The notes under the pieces are model-generated. The model had not been told where the DNA came from. It was given only the letters and a program-made list of their open reading frames with translations, and did no database searches. The position numbers were made by a program, and so were the translations under genes. Positions 7,240 to 16,506 of a stretch of 39,156 nucleotides of DNA are shown here, piece after piece. Location: the NCBI GenBank assembly GCA_964552865.1, contig CAZKII010000002.1, positions 1 through 39,156 on the forward strand, written 5' to 3'. The stretch comes from an uncultured Thermoplasmata archaeon. GTDB taxonomy: Archaea; Thermoplasmatota; Thermoplasmata; JAJSAE01. Positions within the stretch are counted from its first letter, which is position 1. Each line of letters opens with the position of its first letter.

Positions 7240-9771
7240 ATGATTAGAGGTGAAAAAATAATAGGGACAGTAATGGTTATTTTCATGCTGGTTTCCATGG
7301 CCGCCCCGGTTATGGCCGCCGCCGGAGACCCTGTGGCAGGAGCCGCTGTGAATATCCATGTGATAGGAAGCGGAGATTACAATAAAATGGTCTATCTGAC
7401 CACTGACGCCAGCGGGCAGTACAGCGCCATGTTCGCCCCCGGCCAGATCTGGGATATGGAGGTCACTGCTGACGGATATCTGGACGAACAGGTGTTTGAC
7501 TACGGAGCCGGCCCCACCATAAGTTCCGACCTCCAAAAAGATGTTGTTCTGGTGAAGGCCCCCGCCAAAAACTGCACCGTAAAGGGATATGTCAGGGCGG
7601 AGAGCGGGGTCGCGATAACCGGAGCCACCGTGACCATAAACTGGGGAGATAATCAGGGACACTACATGTCGCTCCCGGATGTGACGACGGATTCCTCCGG
7701 ATACTACAGCTTCCAAGCCATGCCGGGAGATTACTGGCTCTGGTTCAATGCGGACGGATATTACGGGGTGTACGAATGCAGTTTCTCCCTATATGGAGGA
7801 GAAAAATGGGTTAACCAGACCCTGAAAGCCGAGCCGGCTGCGGATGCCCATATTACCGGCGTGATAACGGACGAACAGCAGTCATATCTCTCAGGAGTAT
7901 ATGTATCTGCGGTGGGGACCAGCACCGATGGTTTTTATTCTTCCGGATCTGCGACCAGTGATTCCTCTGGCAGGTATGACATAGCCCTCCCGGGAGGGAC
8001 ATATAATGTGACCTATTCCTACATTTATACCACCGGGACCCATTACTATACGGTAACGAAACAGATTTCCGTGGCATCCGGAAGTACACACGCCGAGGAT
8101 GTCACCATGAAGGCCATTCCGACATATACTCTGACGCTTCAGGTCAATGACGAAACAGGATCTCCGCTATCGAATGTATCTGTGAGCTGGCAAATATCCA
8201 ACGACAGCGCCAAATTTTCTGACTCAGGAATGACGAATAAAACGGGAGAAATTACTATATCAGCCTGTCTTGGGACCGGAAGCGCAAGCCTATCGCTCAA
8301 TGGCTACTGGGATAAAACCGTGAATCTCGATATGAACCTCATGAAAGGCACCACCGTCACATCCACCATGAGCCAGATAAACAAAGATGCCACCATAAGC
8401 GGGACGGTGACCCTTGACGGCCTGCCGCTGGCATCGCAGACGGTTTCGTTCGAAATCACCTCGTCGCTGGGGACATACTACGACTACGCAACGACCGATA
8501 TCGACGGTTATTACACCATAATGGTGGCCACAGGTACGGTGAATGTCACCTCCTACTATTACGATCAGACAACAGGACAGCGGGTGAGCTTCAGCGATAC
8601 TCTCACGGTGTCGACAGGCGACCAGATGACGGAGGACATAGCGTTCACCTTGGCTCCAGAAACGATAAAGATATACGGCACGGTTACCGAGGGGACATAT
8701 ACCGGCGCACCGAGCGGTCTGCCGGATGACCTCAACGGAGACGGCATTCCCGATGCTGATACCGGAGGAAGCATCCCGGGCACCAACGACACATCGGACA
8801 ACACCACCACGCCCGGGGAAATCATAGGGGAGGCCGTGTCCACGATAACCGCAGAAACCGGAGGGACAGTGGAGATTTCCGGAAGCATATCCGTGGAAGT
8901 CCCTCCCGGAGCGATAAACGGAACCCTTAATATCACCGTACAGGAAGAAACAGCCACATCCCCCGCAGGCTTCACGCTTCTGGGTCATGTATATGAGATA
9001 GGACCAACCGGCACACAGTTCTCCGAACCGGTGAACATAACACTGCACTACGATCCCGCCGATGTTCCTGCCGGAGTGGCGGAAAACGACATTCACATCT
9101 ACTGGTACAACGAGCAGACCAATTCGTGGGTGGACATGGGCGGTACGGTGGATACGACGGCCCACACAGTCACCATTCAGGTAACCCACCTTAGCAAGTA
9201 CGCAATGATGGTCTCCAGCACCGATACCGGCGATAACGGAGAGACAAACGATACCCTAGGAATGCTCGGATACATCGGCCCCATACCAATCCTTGTGCTG
9301 GTCATCCTTCTGGTGATAATCGTGGTGGCCGCAGCGGCAAGGGGCGGAAAGAGGAAGACCCCTCCACCATACGGGCCCCAGCAGAGGCCGCCTCAGGGAT
9401 ACGGCCAGCAGCCTCCGGCGTACAGAGCGCCGCCACAGTACAATCAAGCTCCCCCGCCTGCACAGGCCCCGCCGAGCAGGCCCGCACCGCCTCCGGCATA
9501 CGCTCCGCCCCAGACATACCAGCAGGCACCGCCCCCTCAACCGGCACAGCCCGCATATCAGCCGCCCGCACCGCAGCCGGTCCAGCAGACTCCACCTCCT
9601 GCGCAGGCACCAGCCCCGGCGCCCGCAGCCCCCCGGCCGAAACCCACATCCGGCAGGTGCAGCCAGTGCGGCTCCACAAACCTGACATTCAACGACGACG
9701 GGAGCGGAAGGTGCAACCAGTGCGGCCACACATTCTGGTGGGATAAGAGCAGGGCACCGCCGTCGTTCTGA
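7240..9771 (+). CDS. Large type-I surface protein. In order: signal peptide, multiple carboxypeptidase-regulatory-like beta-sandwich repeats, TM helix, cytoplasmic Pro/Gln-rich tail, C-terminal zinc ribbon.
   Basis: The signal peptide is VMVIFMLVSMAAPVMAAAG. Repeats look like VKGYV..G..I.GATV....TTDSSGYYSF.A.PGDYWL. The TM helix is IPILVLVILLVIIVVAAAARGGKRK. About 110 aa of PPxY/PQ-rich sequence follow, then CSQCGS-x14-CNQCGH. GGTGA lies 4 nt upstream of the ATG. Confidence 0.7.
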   Translation: MIRGEKIIGTVMVIFMLVSMAAPVMAAAGDPVAGAAVNIHVIGSGDYNKMVYLTTDASGQYSAMFAPGQIWDMEVTADGYLDEQVFDYGAGPTISSDLQKDVVLVKAPAKNCTVKGYVRAESGVAITGATVTINWGDNQGHYMSLPDVTTDSSGYYSFQAMPGDYWLWFNADGYYGVYECSFSLYGGEKWVNQTLKAEPAADAHITGVITDEQQSYLSGVYVSAVGTSTDGFYSSGSATSDSSGRYDIALPGGTYNVTYSYIYTTGTHYYTVTKQISVASGSTHAEDVTMKAIPTYTLTLQVNDETGSPLSNVSVSWQISNDSAKFSDSGMTNKTGEITISACLGTGSASLSLNGYWDKTVNLDMNLMKGTTVTSTMSQINKDATISGTVTLDGLPLASQTVSFEITSSLGTYYDYATTDIDGYYTIMVATGTVNVTSYYYDQTTGQRVSFSDTLTVSTGDQMTEDIAFTLAPETIKIYGTVTEGTYTGAPSGLPDDLNGDGIPDADTGGSIPGTNDTSDNTTTPGEIIGEAVSTITAETGGTVEISGSISVEVPPGAINGTLNITVQEETATSPAGFTLLGHVYEIGPTGTQFSEPVNITLHYDPADVPAGVAENDIHIYWYNEQTNSWVDMGGTVDTTAHTVTIQVTHLSKYAMMVSSTDTGDNGETNDTLGMLGYIGPIPILVLVILLVIIVVAAAARGGKRKTPPPYGPQQRPPQGYGQQPPAYRAPPQYNQAPPPAQAPPSRPAPPPAYAPPQTYQQAPPPQPAQPAYQPPAPQPVQQTPPPAQAPAPAPAAPRPKPTSGRCSQCGSTNLTFNDDGSGRCNQCGHTFWWDKSRAPPSF

Positions 9772-9776
9772 AAACC

Positions 9777-9800
9777 TTTTTTCTCTTCTCTTTTTCTTCT
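9777..9800 (+). terminator. T-rich termination region
   Basis: The sequence TTTTTTctcttctcTTTTTcttct begins 6 nt after TGA 9769-9771. Confidence 0.45.
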
Positions 9801-9847
9801 GGCGACGGATACATTTAAATGCATCGAATGGATTTGCCGCCGATAAC

Positions 9848-10450
9848 ATGTACTCCGACGACGAAGGAAGGCTTGCGGTGAAGATCGCAAGGGATGCCGT
9901 GGAAAGGTTCGTGAAAGGGATGGCCAGAAAGGACTACGAAGGGCCGGAGTCGTTCAGAAGGCCCGCCGGGACATTCGTGACACTCAACACATACCCGGAC
10001 GGGATGCTCAGGGGGTGTATCGGCTACCCGCAGCCCATATTCTCGCTTATCGAATCCCTCGTCCGCTCGGCAGAGGCCGCCTGCGAGGACCCGCGCTTCA
10101 TGTACCCTCTGGCGGAGAGCGAGCTCCCTTCGATAACCGTGGAGGTGAGCCTCCTGACTCCGCCGGAGAGGGTGAGGGTCAGCAGGCCGGAGGAGTATCT
10201 GGACAGGATCGAAGTGGGGAGGCACGGCCTCATCGCGACGCTCGGTCCGAACAGAGGGCTTCTCCTGCCTCAGGTGCCCGTGGAGCAGGGATGGGACCCC
10301 AGGACATTTCTGGAGCAGACATGCGTCAAGGCCGGATTGAGGCCGGATGCATGGAAAAAAAGAGGGTTCGAGCTGCAGAGGTTCGAAGGCGATGTGTTCA
10401 CGGAAGTGGAGCCCTACGGCGATATTGTTCGTAAGGAACTCGGCAGGTGA
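9848..10450 (+). CDS. AMMECR1 domain protein
   Basis: GTFVTLNTYPDGMLRGCIGYPQP and LLTPPE...GRHGLI...GLLLPQV are hallmark AMMECR1 blocks. TTTAAAT at 9814-9820 lies about 31 nt upstream. Confidence 0.9.
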   Translation: MYSDDEGRLAVKIARDAVERFVKGMARKDYEGPESFRRPAGTFVTLNTYPDGMLRGCIGYPQPIFSLIESLVRSAEAACEDPRFMYPLAESELPSITVEVSLLTPPERVRVSRPEEYLDRIEVGRHGLIATLGPNRGLLLPQVPVEQGWDPRTFLEQTCVKAGLRPDAWKKRGFELQRFEGDVFTEVEPYGDIVRKELGR

Positions 10451-10466
10451 TAGTGTGGAGTACGAC

Positions 10467-11849
10467 ATGGTTATCAGCGGAAAATTCTACCGCAGGGGAC
10501 AGATAGAGGAGGGGAGCATAGGGGTGAAGGATGGGAGAATAGCGGCCATAAAGAAGGACCTCAGGGGCGATAAGAACTACGAGGTCAAGGGCCTCATCCT
10601 CCCAGCAGGCATGGACGCCCATGTTCACTTCAGAGAGCCAGGAAGCACCTATAAGGAGGACTTCGAGACCGGGACCCTTTCCGCCCTTTCCGGCGGCATC
10701 ACAACGGTTCTGGACATGCCGAACAACAACCCCGCACCCGTGACCTCCAGACTGCTCTCCCAGAAGGACGCCATCGTCTCCCGCAGGGCATGGACGGATT
10801 ACGGTCTCTTCGGAGGGGTTTCCTACGAGAGCGACATTGAGGTCATGGCCAGAATGGTGCCGGCGTTCAAATTATATATGGGCCCCACCACCGGAGCGAT
10901 CCCCTCGATACGCAGGGAGGACCTGCCGGAACTGGTCCGCAGGATCATGGAGAGCGGCTCTATACTCTCCGTTCACGCCGAGGAGCACGACTGCCTCAGG
11001 TACCACGAAAAGAGAATCAGAGAGAAAATGGGGGCCGACTGGAAGGAGAGGAGCCTGAAGGACCACGCGAGACTGCGGCCACCCGAGTGCGAGACGAAGG
11101 CGGTGGAGCACATCCTCAACATATTCTACCGCACCGACCTGCTGAAAAAAGGCGGGCATCTGCACATCTGCCATGTCTCCTCGCCGGACCTCATGAACAC
11201 GGTGGAAAAGTACAGGAGCGGCTATGCGCGGCTGGTGGAGTTCGGAAGCGTGAAGGCCGACAGATTCCTGACCACCGAGGTCACTCCCCACCACCTCTTC
11301 CTCGATTACGACTGCGAGAACGGAGCGCTCTGCAAGGTGAACCCCCCGCTGAGGGACGCAAACAACCGGGAAAACCTGATGCTGCTCCTCAGAACATCCA
11401 TGATAGACATGGTGGCCAGCGATCACGCACCTCATACCGTCGAGGATAAGGAAGCGGAGTTCGACAGGGCGCCCTCGGGAATCCCCGGAACGGAGACCAT
11501 GTATCCCCTTCTGATGAAGGCCTATGCGGACGGGCATCTCAGGCTGAAAAGAGTCGTCGATTCGGTTGCCACACTTCCGGCCAGATACTACGGCGCCCTT
11601 GGAAAAGGGGTGATCGAACAGGGATATCTCGCCGATTTTGCGGTTTTCGACCTTCACAGAAGCACGGTCATCAGAGGGGAAGATCTCCACTCAAAGGCAG
11701 GCTGGACCCCTTACGAGGGATGGGAGGCGATATTCCCGCAGATGGTATTCATGAGGGGCGAACTTATGCTCAAACGCACCGGAACCGGAGATCGGCAGGA
11801 GATCGAGATCGTCGGAGAAAGGGCGGGCAGGAACATATTCCGCAAATAA
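10467..11849 (+). CDS. pyrC: Dihydroorotase (class I amidohydrolase)
   Basis: GMDAHVHFREPGSTYKEDFETGTLSALSGGITTVLDMPNNNP is the classic DHOase metal-binding block, and a later SDHAPH is present. The ORF-track start at 10347 would overlap AMMECR1 by about 100 nt, so I prefer ATG 10467 (MVISGKF). Confidence 0.85.
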   Translation: MVISGKFYRRGQIEEGSIGVKDGRIAAIKKDLRGDKNYEVKGLILPAGMDAHVHFREPGSTYKEDFETGTLSALSGGITTVLDMPNNNPAPVTSRLLSQKDAIVSRRAWTDYGLFGGVSYESDIEVMARMVPAFKLYMGPTTGAIPSIRREDLPELVRRIMESGSILSVHAEEHDCLRYHEKRIREKMGADWKERSLKDHARLRPPECETKAVEHILNIFYRTDLLKKGGHLHICHVSSPDLMNTVEKYRSGYARLVEFGSVKADRFLTTEVTPHHLFLDYDCENGALCKVNPPLRDANNRENLMLLLRTSMIDMVASDHAPHTVEDKEAEFDRAPSGIPGTETMYPLLMKAYADGHLRLKRVVDSVATLPARYYGALGKGVIEQGYLADFAVFDLHRSTVIRGEDLHSKAGWTPYEGWEAIFPQMVFMRGELMLKRTGTGDRQEIEIVGERAGRNIFRK

Positions 11850-11860
11850 CGCGCCTCCAA

Positions 11861-12895
11861 TCACACCCTCTCGAACCTCGCATCCGCCACAATGTGATAG
11901 ACCCCGGGGGCGTACGATTTTATTCTCCTCGTGCCGAGCAGTTCCATCCTTCGGCCGTTCCTCTCCGCCGCCAGCTTCAACCTTTCAAGAGGCCTGTCCG
12001 GCAGAAGAGTCTCTGGGCACGTCTCATGGTAGTGAATGATTCCCGTATCCTTCAGAAGGGAGAGCGCCTTCTCGAGGAAAAGGTGTGTGGTGCCCACATA
12101 ACCCATTAATATCCGGTCAGCGACAGCTTCCCCCTCGAAATCCCTGTTGTCCATGTTGTATGCCTCCACGTTATCCAGCCCGTTGTCACGAATGTTCCTC
12201 AGGAGATAGCGATAGGCCACCGGGTTCTTTTCGATGCTTATTACCCGCGCGGCTCCGGTGTATCTGGCGATGGGGAGCGAGAAATAACCGATTCCGGCGA
12301 ACATGTCCAGCACGGTCTCTCCGGAGCAGTTGAGCCCTGCCATTCTGACCCTTTCGTCTATGTTCCCCGACGAGAACATGATCATGGCCGCGTCGAAGGA
12401 ATAGAGGATGCCGTTCTCCAGATGCGTTGTTTCCGTGTTTTCACCGAACACGACCTCGGCCACCGGCTCCCTGTACTCACCCGCTATGCCCCCGCGGTCC
12501 AGAATCACCGTATCGCATCCGAGGACCTCCGCATAGACCCTCGAGATGTATTGAAAGTGCGGCCTGAGGGATTCCGGCAGGCGAAGGACGAGGACATGGC
12601 CGTAGCGCTCCCATCTGGAGGGTATCTGCGATATAATATCCTCCGGAAGGTCGGCGAGGCGCTGCCTGATCCTGTCGAAAGGCTTTTCCTTGGTATAACT
12701 GCGCCTATCCGGGGAGATCTCCACAATCTCACCGTGCAGAGAGAGAACGAGGGCGGGCTCCGGCCGGCCGGTCAGAGGAAAGATGACATTCCTGTCCCGA
12801 CGGACTATCCTCCACCCTTTATCGAGAAGTCCCGCTTCCAGAAGCGCGCGCTTCGCGTCCTCCCCCATCTCCACGGGTACGCTGAGGCCAAGCAT
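11861..12895 (-). CDS. trm5: tRNA (guanine37-N1)-methyltransferase Trm5 / Taw2-type Met-10+ family protein
   Basis: The SAM motif VLDMFAGIGYFSLPIA and the archaeal Trm5 architecture and length (344 aa) support the call. Confidence 0.8.
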   Translation of the reverse strand: MLGLSVPVEMGEDAKRALLEAGLLDKGWRIVRRDRNVIFPLTGRPEPALVLSLHGEIVEISPDRRSYTKEKPFDRIRQRLADLPEDIISQIPSRWERYGHVLVLRLPESLRPHFQYISRVYAEVLGCDTVILDRGGIAGEYREPVAEVVFGENTETTHLENGILYSFDAAMIMFSSGNIDERVRMAGLNCSGETVLDMFAGIGYFSLPIARYTGAARVISIEKNPVAYRYLLRNIRDNGLDNVEAYNMDNRDFEGEAVADRILMGYVGTTHLFLEKALSLLKDTGIIHYHETCPETLLPDRPLERLKLAAERNGRRMELLGTRRIKSYAPGVYHIVADARFERV

Positions 12896-12915
12896 GAGTG
12901 GAGAACGCCGCAGGG

Positions 12916-12923
12916 TATAAAAT
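12916..12923 (-). promoter_or_regulatory. TATA-like box for trm5 (leaderless), abutting the stop codon of the upstream methyltransferase gene
   Basis: The minus strand reads ATTTTATA, centred about 25 nt upstream of ATG 12895. Confidence 0.4.
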
Positions 12924-12925
12924 CC

Positions 12926-13414
12926 TTACTTCCTTGCGGAAAAGAGCATGATATCGCTGTCTGGAAACGGGAGTTGGCTGACATCCGCAAAGCCTGCGGA
13001 AACAAGCATCTCGCGCAGCTCGGCGGGGCTGAAGTAATCCTCCGGAATCCCGGTATCAGCTCCCCTTACCCAGTCGGCGATGCAGAGCCGGCCCCCCATC
13101 CTGATAACCCTCTGAAACTCGGCAAGTGCCAGAGGAGCATTCATGTGGTGCAGCGCCCGAACGCTCACCACGGCATCCGCTGAGCCGGAGTCAAGAGGTA
13201 TCCTCTCGGCCACACCGCGAACATACCTGATCCCGCCCGAATGTGCGGTCGTTTCCCCTTCGGTGGCCAATGGGTCAATCGCCATGACATCGAAGCCGTG
13301 CTCTGCCAGAATCCGGGAGAGTTCCCCGCTTCCGGAGCCGGCGTCCACGATAAGGGCGCCTGGACGCATGCCGGGCGAGAGACAGTTCAGAACGGCGGAG
13401 TAGATCTCTTCCAT
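12926..13414 (-). CDS. Class I SAM-dependent methyltransferase (Methyltransf_11-like, compact at 162 aa)
   Basis: Motif I is LIVDAGSGSGEL, post-I is VMAIDP, motif II is ADAVVSVRALHH and motif III is GGRLCIAD. Confidence 0.75.
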   Translation of the reverse strand: MEEIYSAVLNCLSPGMRPGALIVDAGSGSGELSRILAEHGFDVMAIDPLATEGETTAHSGGIRYVRGVAERIPLDSGSADAVVSVRALHHMNAPLALAEFQRVIRMGGRLCIADWVRGADTGIPEDYFSPAELREMLVSAGFADVSQLPFPDSDIMLFSARK

Positions 13415-13432
13415 GCTTCGACATAGCGGTAC

Positions 13433-13442
13433 TTTTTAAATA
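13433..13442. promoter_or_regulatory. Near-palindromic TATA element in a divergent intergenic region
   Basis: TTTTTAAATA is centred about 24 nt from the minus-strand ATG 13414 (leaderless methyltransferase) and 44 nt from the plus-strand ATG 13482. Confidence 0.35.
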
Positions 13443-13481
13443 CCTTACACCATTTGCCCTCGGTGATTATCCCTGGACCTG

Positions 13482-13985
13482 ATGGCCTTTCTCGAAGCGA
13501 ACTCCGCGGACCCCCTGACCTTCCTCTTCCTTCTCTTCGTATATGTGGTACTGGCCGCCATAATCCTGCCCATACCTCTGGAGATAGCCATTGCCCTGAA
13601 CCCGCTTGTGCCTATTCCGGTAAAGGCCGTTGTGGTTGGGCTTGGAAAGGGAGTTGGGGCCATAGGTATATTTTATATCGGCAGCACCGTGGATGATGCG
13701 ATTCAGAGGTGGAGGAAGTGGGGCTGGTTCGACTGGATTGTGAGAAACTCGGTAAAACTCGTGGACAAACTCGGATACTGGGGGCTCTTCATACTTTTGG
13801 TGATCCCGGGAATGTCAGATACAGTGCCGCTTTACATATTTTCCCTCTTTAACAAGGGAGGAGAAGAAGATGAGAAAACCATGAGCCTTCGGGGTTTCGT
13901 TCTGGTGAACATCGTAGCCGGAGCGCTCAGAGCGATATTCACATGGTACATATTTCTCCGGCCCATAGGTTACCCGTTTATGTGA
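13482..13985 (+). CDS. Polytopic membrane protein, DedA/VTT (SNARE-associated)-like
   Basis: Four or five hydrophobic segments are present. ILPIPLEIAIAL and LLVIPGMSDTVPLYIFSLF resemble VTT-domain re-entrant motifs. The assignment is weak. Confidence 0.4.
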   Translation: MAFLEANSADPLTFLFLLFVYVVLAAIILPIPLEIAIALNPLVPIPVKAVVVGLGKGVGAIGIFYIGSTVDDAIQRWRKWGWFDWIVRNSVKLVDKLGYWGLFILLVIPGMSDTVPLYIFSLFNKGGEEDEKTMSLRGFVLVNIVAGALRAIFTWYIFLRPIGYPFM

Positions 13986-14006
13986 AAACAGGAAAACGGA
14001 AAGGGT

Positions 14007-14939
14007 TTATTTCTTCCAGTATGGATTACTTATGTCCTCGTAGGCGGTGGTGGCCGCTACGGCTCCCTCCCCGCAGCCGACTATTATCTGCTGCAGGCCG
14101 CCGGTGACATCCCCAGCCGCATATACCCTCGGTATGCTGGTCCTCTGCTGTCTGTCCGTTACTATGTAACCGCTGTCGTCCAGCTCGATCCCGCTCCCCT
14201 TCAAAAAGTCGGTATTGGGAACGACACCTACGGCGATGAACACGCCGTCCACAGGGAGGTCCGTTATCTCACCGGTCTTCTTGTTGAGGACCTTAACGCC
14301 CTTAACCACATTCTCGCCGTATATCTCCACGACCTCGGAGTTCATCATCTTCGGGATACCGGACTCCTCCAGCCTCTTCACATGAGCGGCCTCGGCTCTG
14401 AAGACATCCCGACGATGAATTATGGTGACATCCACACCGACATTCTTCAGGTAAAGAGCGTCTCCGACTGCAGTATTTCCACCGCCGACCATGACCACCT
14501 TTTTCCCCTTGAAGAAGAAACCGTCGCAGGTTGCACAGTAGGAGATCCCGCGGCCTGCAAACTCCTCTTCCCCTTTGCAACCGAGTTTTCTGTGATGCGC
14601 TCCCGTGGCGATGATCACGGCATCGGCCGTGTACTCGCTCCAGCCCGTCTTGAGACGGATCATATCGCCTTCGGGAATTATCTGCTCTATCTCCTCCCCT
14701 TCCCGTATCTCCACATATCTCTCCGTGTGCTTCCGAAATGTGCTAGCTAAATCCATTCCGTTTATCCTCTCGAATCCCAGATAGTTCTCGATCTCGGGAG
14801 ATTCCGCCACCTGACCGCCAGCGCTCCCCGCCTCCAGTATGACGGTCTTCATCCCGCTTCTGGCAGCATATATGGCGGCCGTCATTCCGGCAGGTCCCGC
14901 ACCCAGCACCGCTATGTTGAAATGCTCCACATCCGTCAT
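14007..14939 (-). CDS. trxB: Thioredoxin reductase (low-Mr type)
   Basis: The FAD motif is VLGAGPAGMTAAIYAAR, the redox centre is CATCDG, the NADPH motif is GGGNTAVGDALYL...HRRDVFRA, and the C-terminal block is AAGDVT. Confidence 0.92.
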   Translation of the reverse strand: MTDVEHFNIAVLGAGPAGMTAAIYAARSGMKTVILEAGSAGGQVAESPEIENYLGFERINGMDLASTFRKHTERYVEIREGEEIEQIIPEGDMIRLKTGWSEYTADAVIIATGAHHRKLGCKGEEEFAGRGISYCATCDGFFFKGKKVVMVGGGNTAVGDALYLKNVGVDVTIIHRRDVFRAEAAHVKRLEESGIPKMMNSEVVEIYGENVVKGVKVLNKKTGEITDLPVDGVFIAVGVVPNTDFLKGSGIELDDSGYIVTDRQQRTSIPRVYAAGDVTGGLQQIIVGCGEGAVAATTAYEDISNPYWKK

Positions 14940-14943
14940 ATTA

Positions 14944-15348
14944 TCACCTCATGTTCAAAGCCTCTAGTATCATCTTCTCCAGACTCTTTCTCGGCCGTGC
15001 GCCTATTATCCTGTCCACGGGCTTCCCGTTCTGGAATATCATCAGGGTAGGGATGTTCATTATCTTGTGCTTCATCGCAAATGACTGGTTCTCGTCGGTG
15101 TTCATCTTCACGAAGACTATTTTTCCTTTATAATCCTTTGCCATGGCCTCTATCGTCGGGGCAATGGCAAGACAGGGTCTGCACCAGGGGGCCCAGCAGT
15201 CGACGACCACATTGGGCCAGCGCTCCAGAATCGCGTTTATATCCGACATGTCCGCCGTGAGCGGCTCATCCGGGAACTCGCCCTCCGGAATCTCGGTATG
15301 CCGCATGTGGCTATCGTGCGCTTCGCTCTTCTTTCCGAACAAACTCAT
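14944..15348 (-). CDS. trxA: Thioredoxin with a variant WCRPC active site
   Basis: VVVDCWAPWCRPCLAIAP...NIPTLMIFQNGK indicates a thioredoxin fold. GGTGAT lies 3 nt upstream of ATG 15348, and a TATA-like TTATATATA (minus strand) sits at 15380-15388. Confidence 0.85.
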   Translation of the reverse strand: MSLFGKKSEAHDSHMRHTEIPEGEFPDEPLTADMSDINAILERWPNVVVDCWAPWCRPCLAIAPTIEAMAKDYKGKIVFVKMNTDENQSFAMKHKIMNIPTLMIFQNGKPVDRIIGARPRKSLEKMILEALNMR

Positions 15349-15416
15349 CGTATCACCGTTGTGAAGGAGAAGGCGGGGCTATATATAAGTTGCTGGACAG
15401 ATGTGGAGAACGGAAC

Positions 15417-16505
15417 TCAGGGACCTGAACCCTTTCTACCATATCTGTACATGATATTGCAGCTTCCCTCGGTGCTCACCATGCACGGCCCGATGGGATT
15501 GGACGGTATGCAGGCCTTGCCGAAGAGCGGGCATTCGGTGGAATCGATCACGCCGCGAAGGACATCGCCGCACCTGCATCCGGGCGGATCACTGAATTCA
15601 GTGTTCCAGACAGGTTCCAGCACATCCTCGAAGAGAAGCCGGGCGTTATGTCCATCAAACTCCTCTTTAAGTTCCATTCCGCTGTCCGGCAGTGTGGGAA
15701 AGCCGCGCCAGCTGACATCCACCGTCCTGAACGCCTCCCTGAGCGCTTCCTGCGCCCGTATATTCCCTTCGTATTTTACAAGGCGGCTGTACTCGTTCTC
15801 TATTTTCGGCTCTCCCCTGACCACCTGCCGCGCGAGCAGATAAGTGGCCATGAGAAGGTCGATCGGCTCGAATCCGGCAACCACCTGAGAGATACCGTAC
15901 TCCTTGGTGAGGAATTCCCACGCCTTCACTCCCACTATGGTCGATACATGACCGGGTTCGATAAGGCCGTCCAGCTTTACCTCACCCATGTCGATTATGG
16001 CCTTCAGGGCAGGGGGGGTAAATCTGTGAAACGAAAGAACGGAGAGGTTCTCCGGCGGATTATCCAGAAGGATTGCGGCCGTTCCCGGAGCGGTGGTTTC
16101 GAAACCGACCCCCAGAAAGACAGTTTCCTTTCCCGTCTTCCTCGCGATGGCAACCGCATCCTCCGCACTGTACACAATTCTGACATCGCCGCCCTTTGAT
16201 TTAATGTCGTTCAGCGTTCCGGTGCTCCCCGGAACCCTCATCATATCGCCGTAGGAAACAACGGTCTTTCCCGCCCTTGCGAGGGCCATCGCCTCCTCCA
16301 TTTCTTTCTGCGTGGTAACACATACAGGACAGCCCGGCCCCTGCCTTATCTCCACATTCGCCTCCTTGAAAAGGGAATCAAGGCCGTGCTTCACAAGGGT
16401 GTCCTGATGGGTCCCGCACACATGCATGAATGTGAAATGCCGGTCAAAGGCCTTTATTTCCCTCACGATCCTCTCTGCAAGCTCCTTATCTCTATATTTG
16501 AACAT
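15417..16505 (-). CDS. hypD: [NiFe]-hydrogenase maturation protein HypD
   Basis: MFKYRDKELAERI...FMHVCGTHQDT...GPGCPVCVT and the C-terminal CxxxP/FeS motifs are present. The start is set at ATG 16505 (GGAGGT upstream), 1 nt after the hypA stop. The ORF-track extension to 16667 lies inside hypA. Confidence 0.92.
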   Translation of the reverse strand: MFKYRDKELAERIVREIKAFDRHFTFMHVCGTHQDTLVKHGLDSLFKEANVEIRQGPGCPVCVTTQKEMEEAMALARAGKTVVSYGDMMRVPGSTGTLNDIKSKGGDVRIVYSAEDAVAIARKTGKETVFLGVGFETTAPGTAAILLDNPPENLSVLSFHRFTPPALKAIIDMGEVKLDGLIEPGHVSTIVGVKAWEFLTKEYGISQVVAGFEPIDLLMATYLLARQVVRGEPKIENEYSRLVKYEGNIRAQEALREAFRTVDVSWRGFPTLPDSGMELKEEFDGHNARLLFEDVLEPVWNTEFSDPPGCRCGDVLRGVIDSTECPLFGKACIPSNPIGPCMVSTEGSCNIMYRYGRKGSGP

Positions 16506-16506
16506 A

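Noticed and set aside
8290-9189. Long antisense or alternative-frame ORFs of 200-340 aa. Examples: 8290-9189(-), 9256-9849(-), 10872-11690(-), 12422-13183(+), 20133-21065(-), 33369-34070(+), 36147-36887(-), 38438-39139(-).
   Set aside because: Each lies entirely within a gene whose product has clear family motifs. Their translations are Arg/Gly/His/Cys-rich low-complexity sequence with no recognisable domains. This is the expected shadow-ORF behaviour in moderately GC-rich coding DNA.
9355-9650. A GC-rich low-complexity stretch that could have been a tandem repeat, a CRISPR-like array or a hypervariable region.
   Set aside because: Reading the nucleotides shows no exact repeat unit or spacer periodicity. 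It is simply the codon-level reflection of a Pro/Gln/Ala-rich cytoplasmic linker inside the 843-aa ORF.
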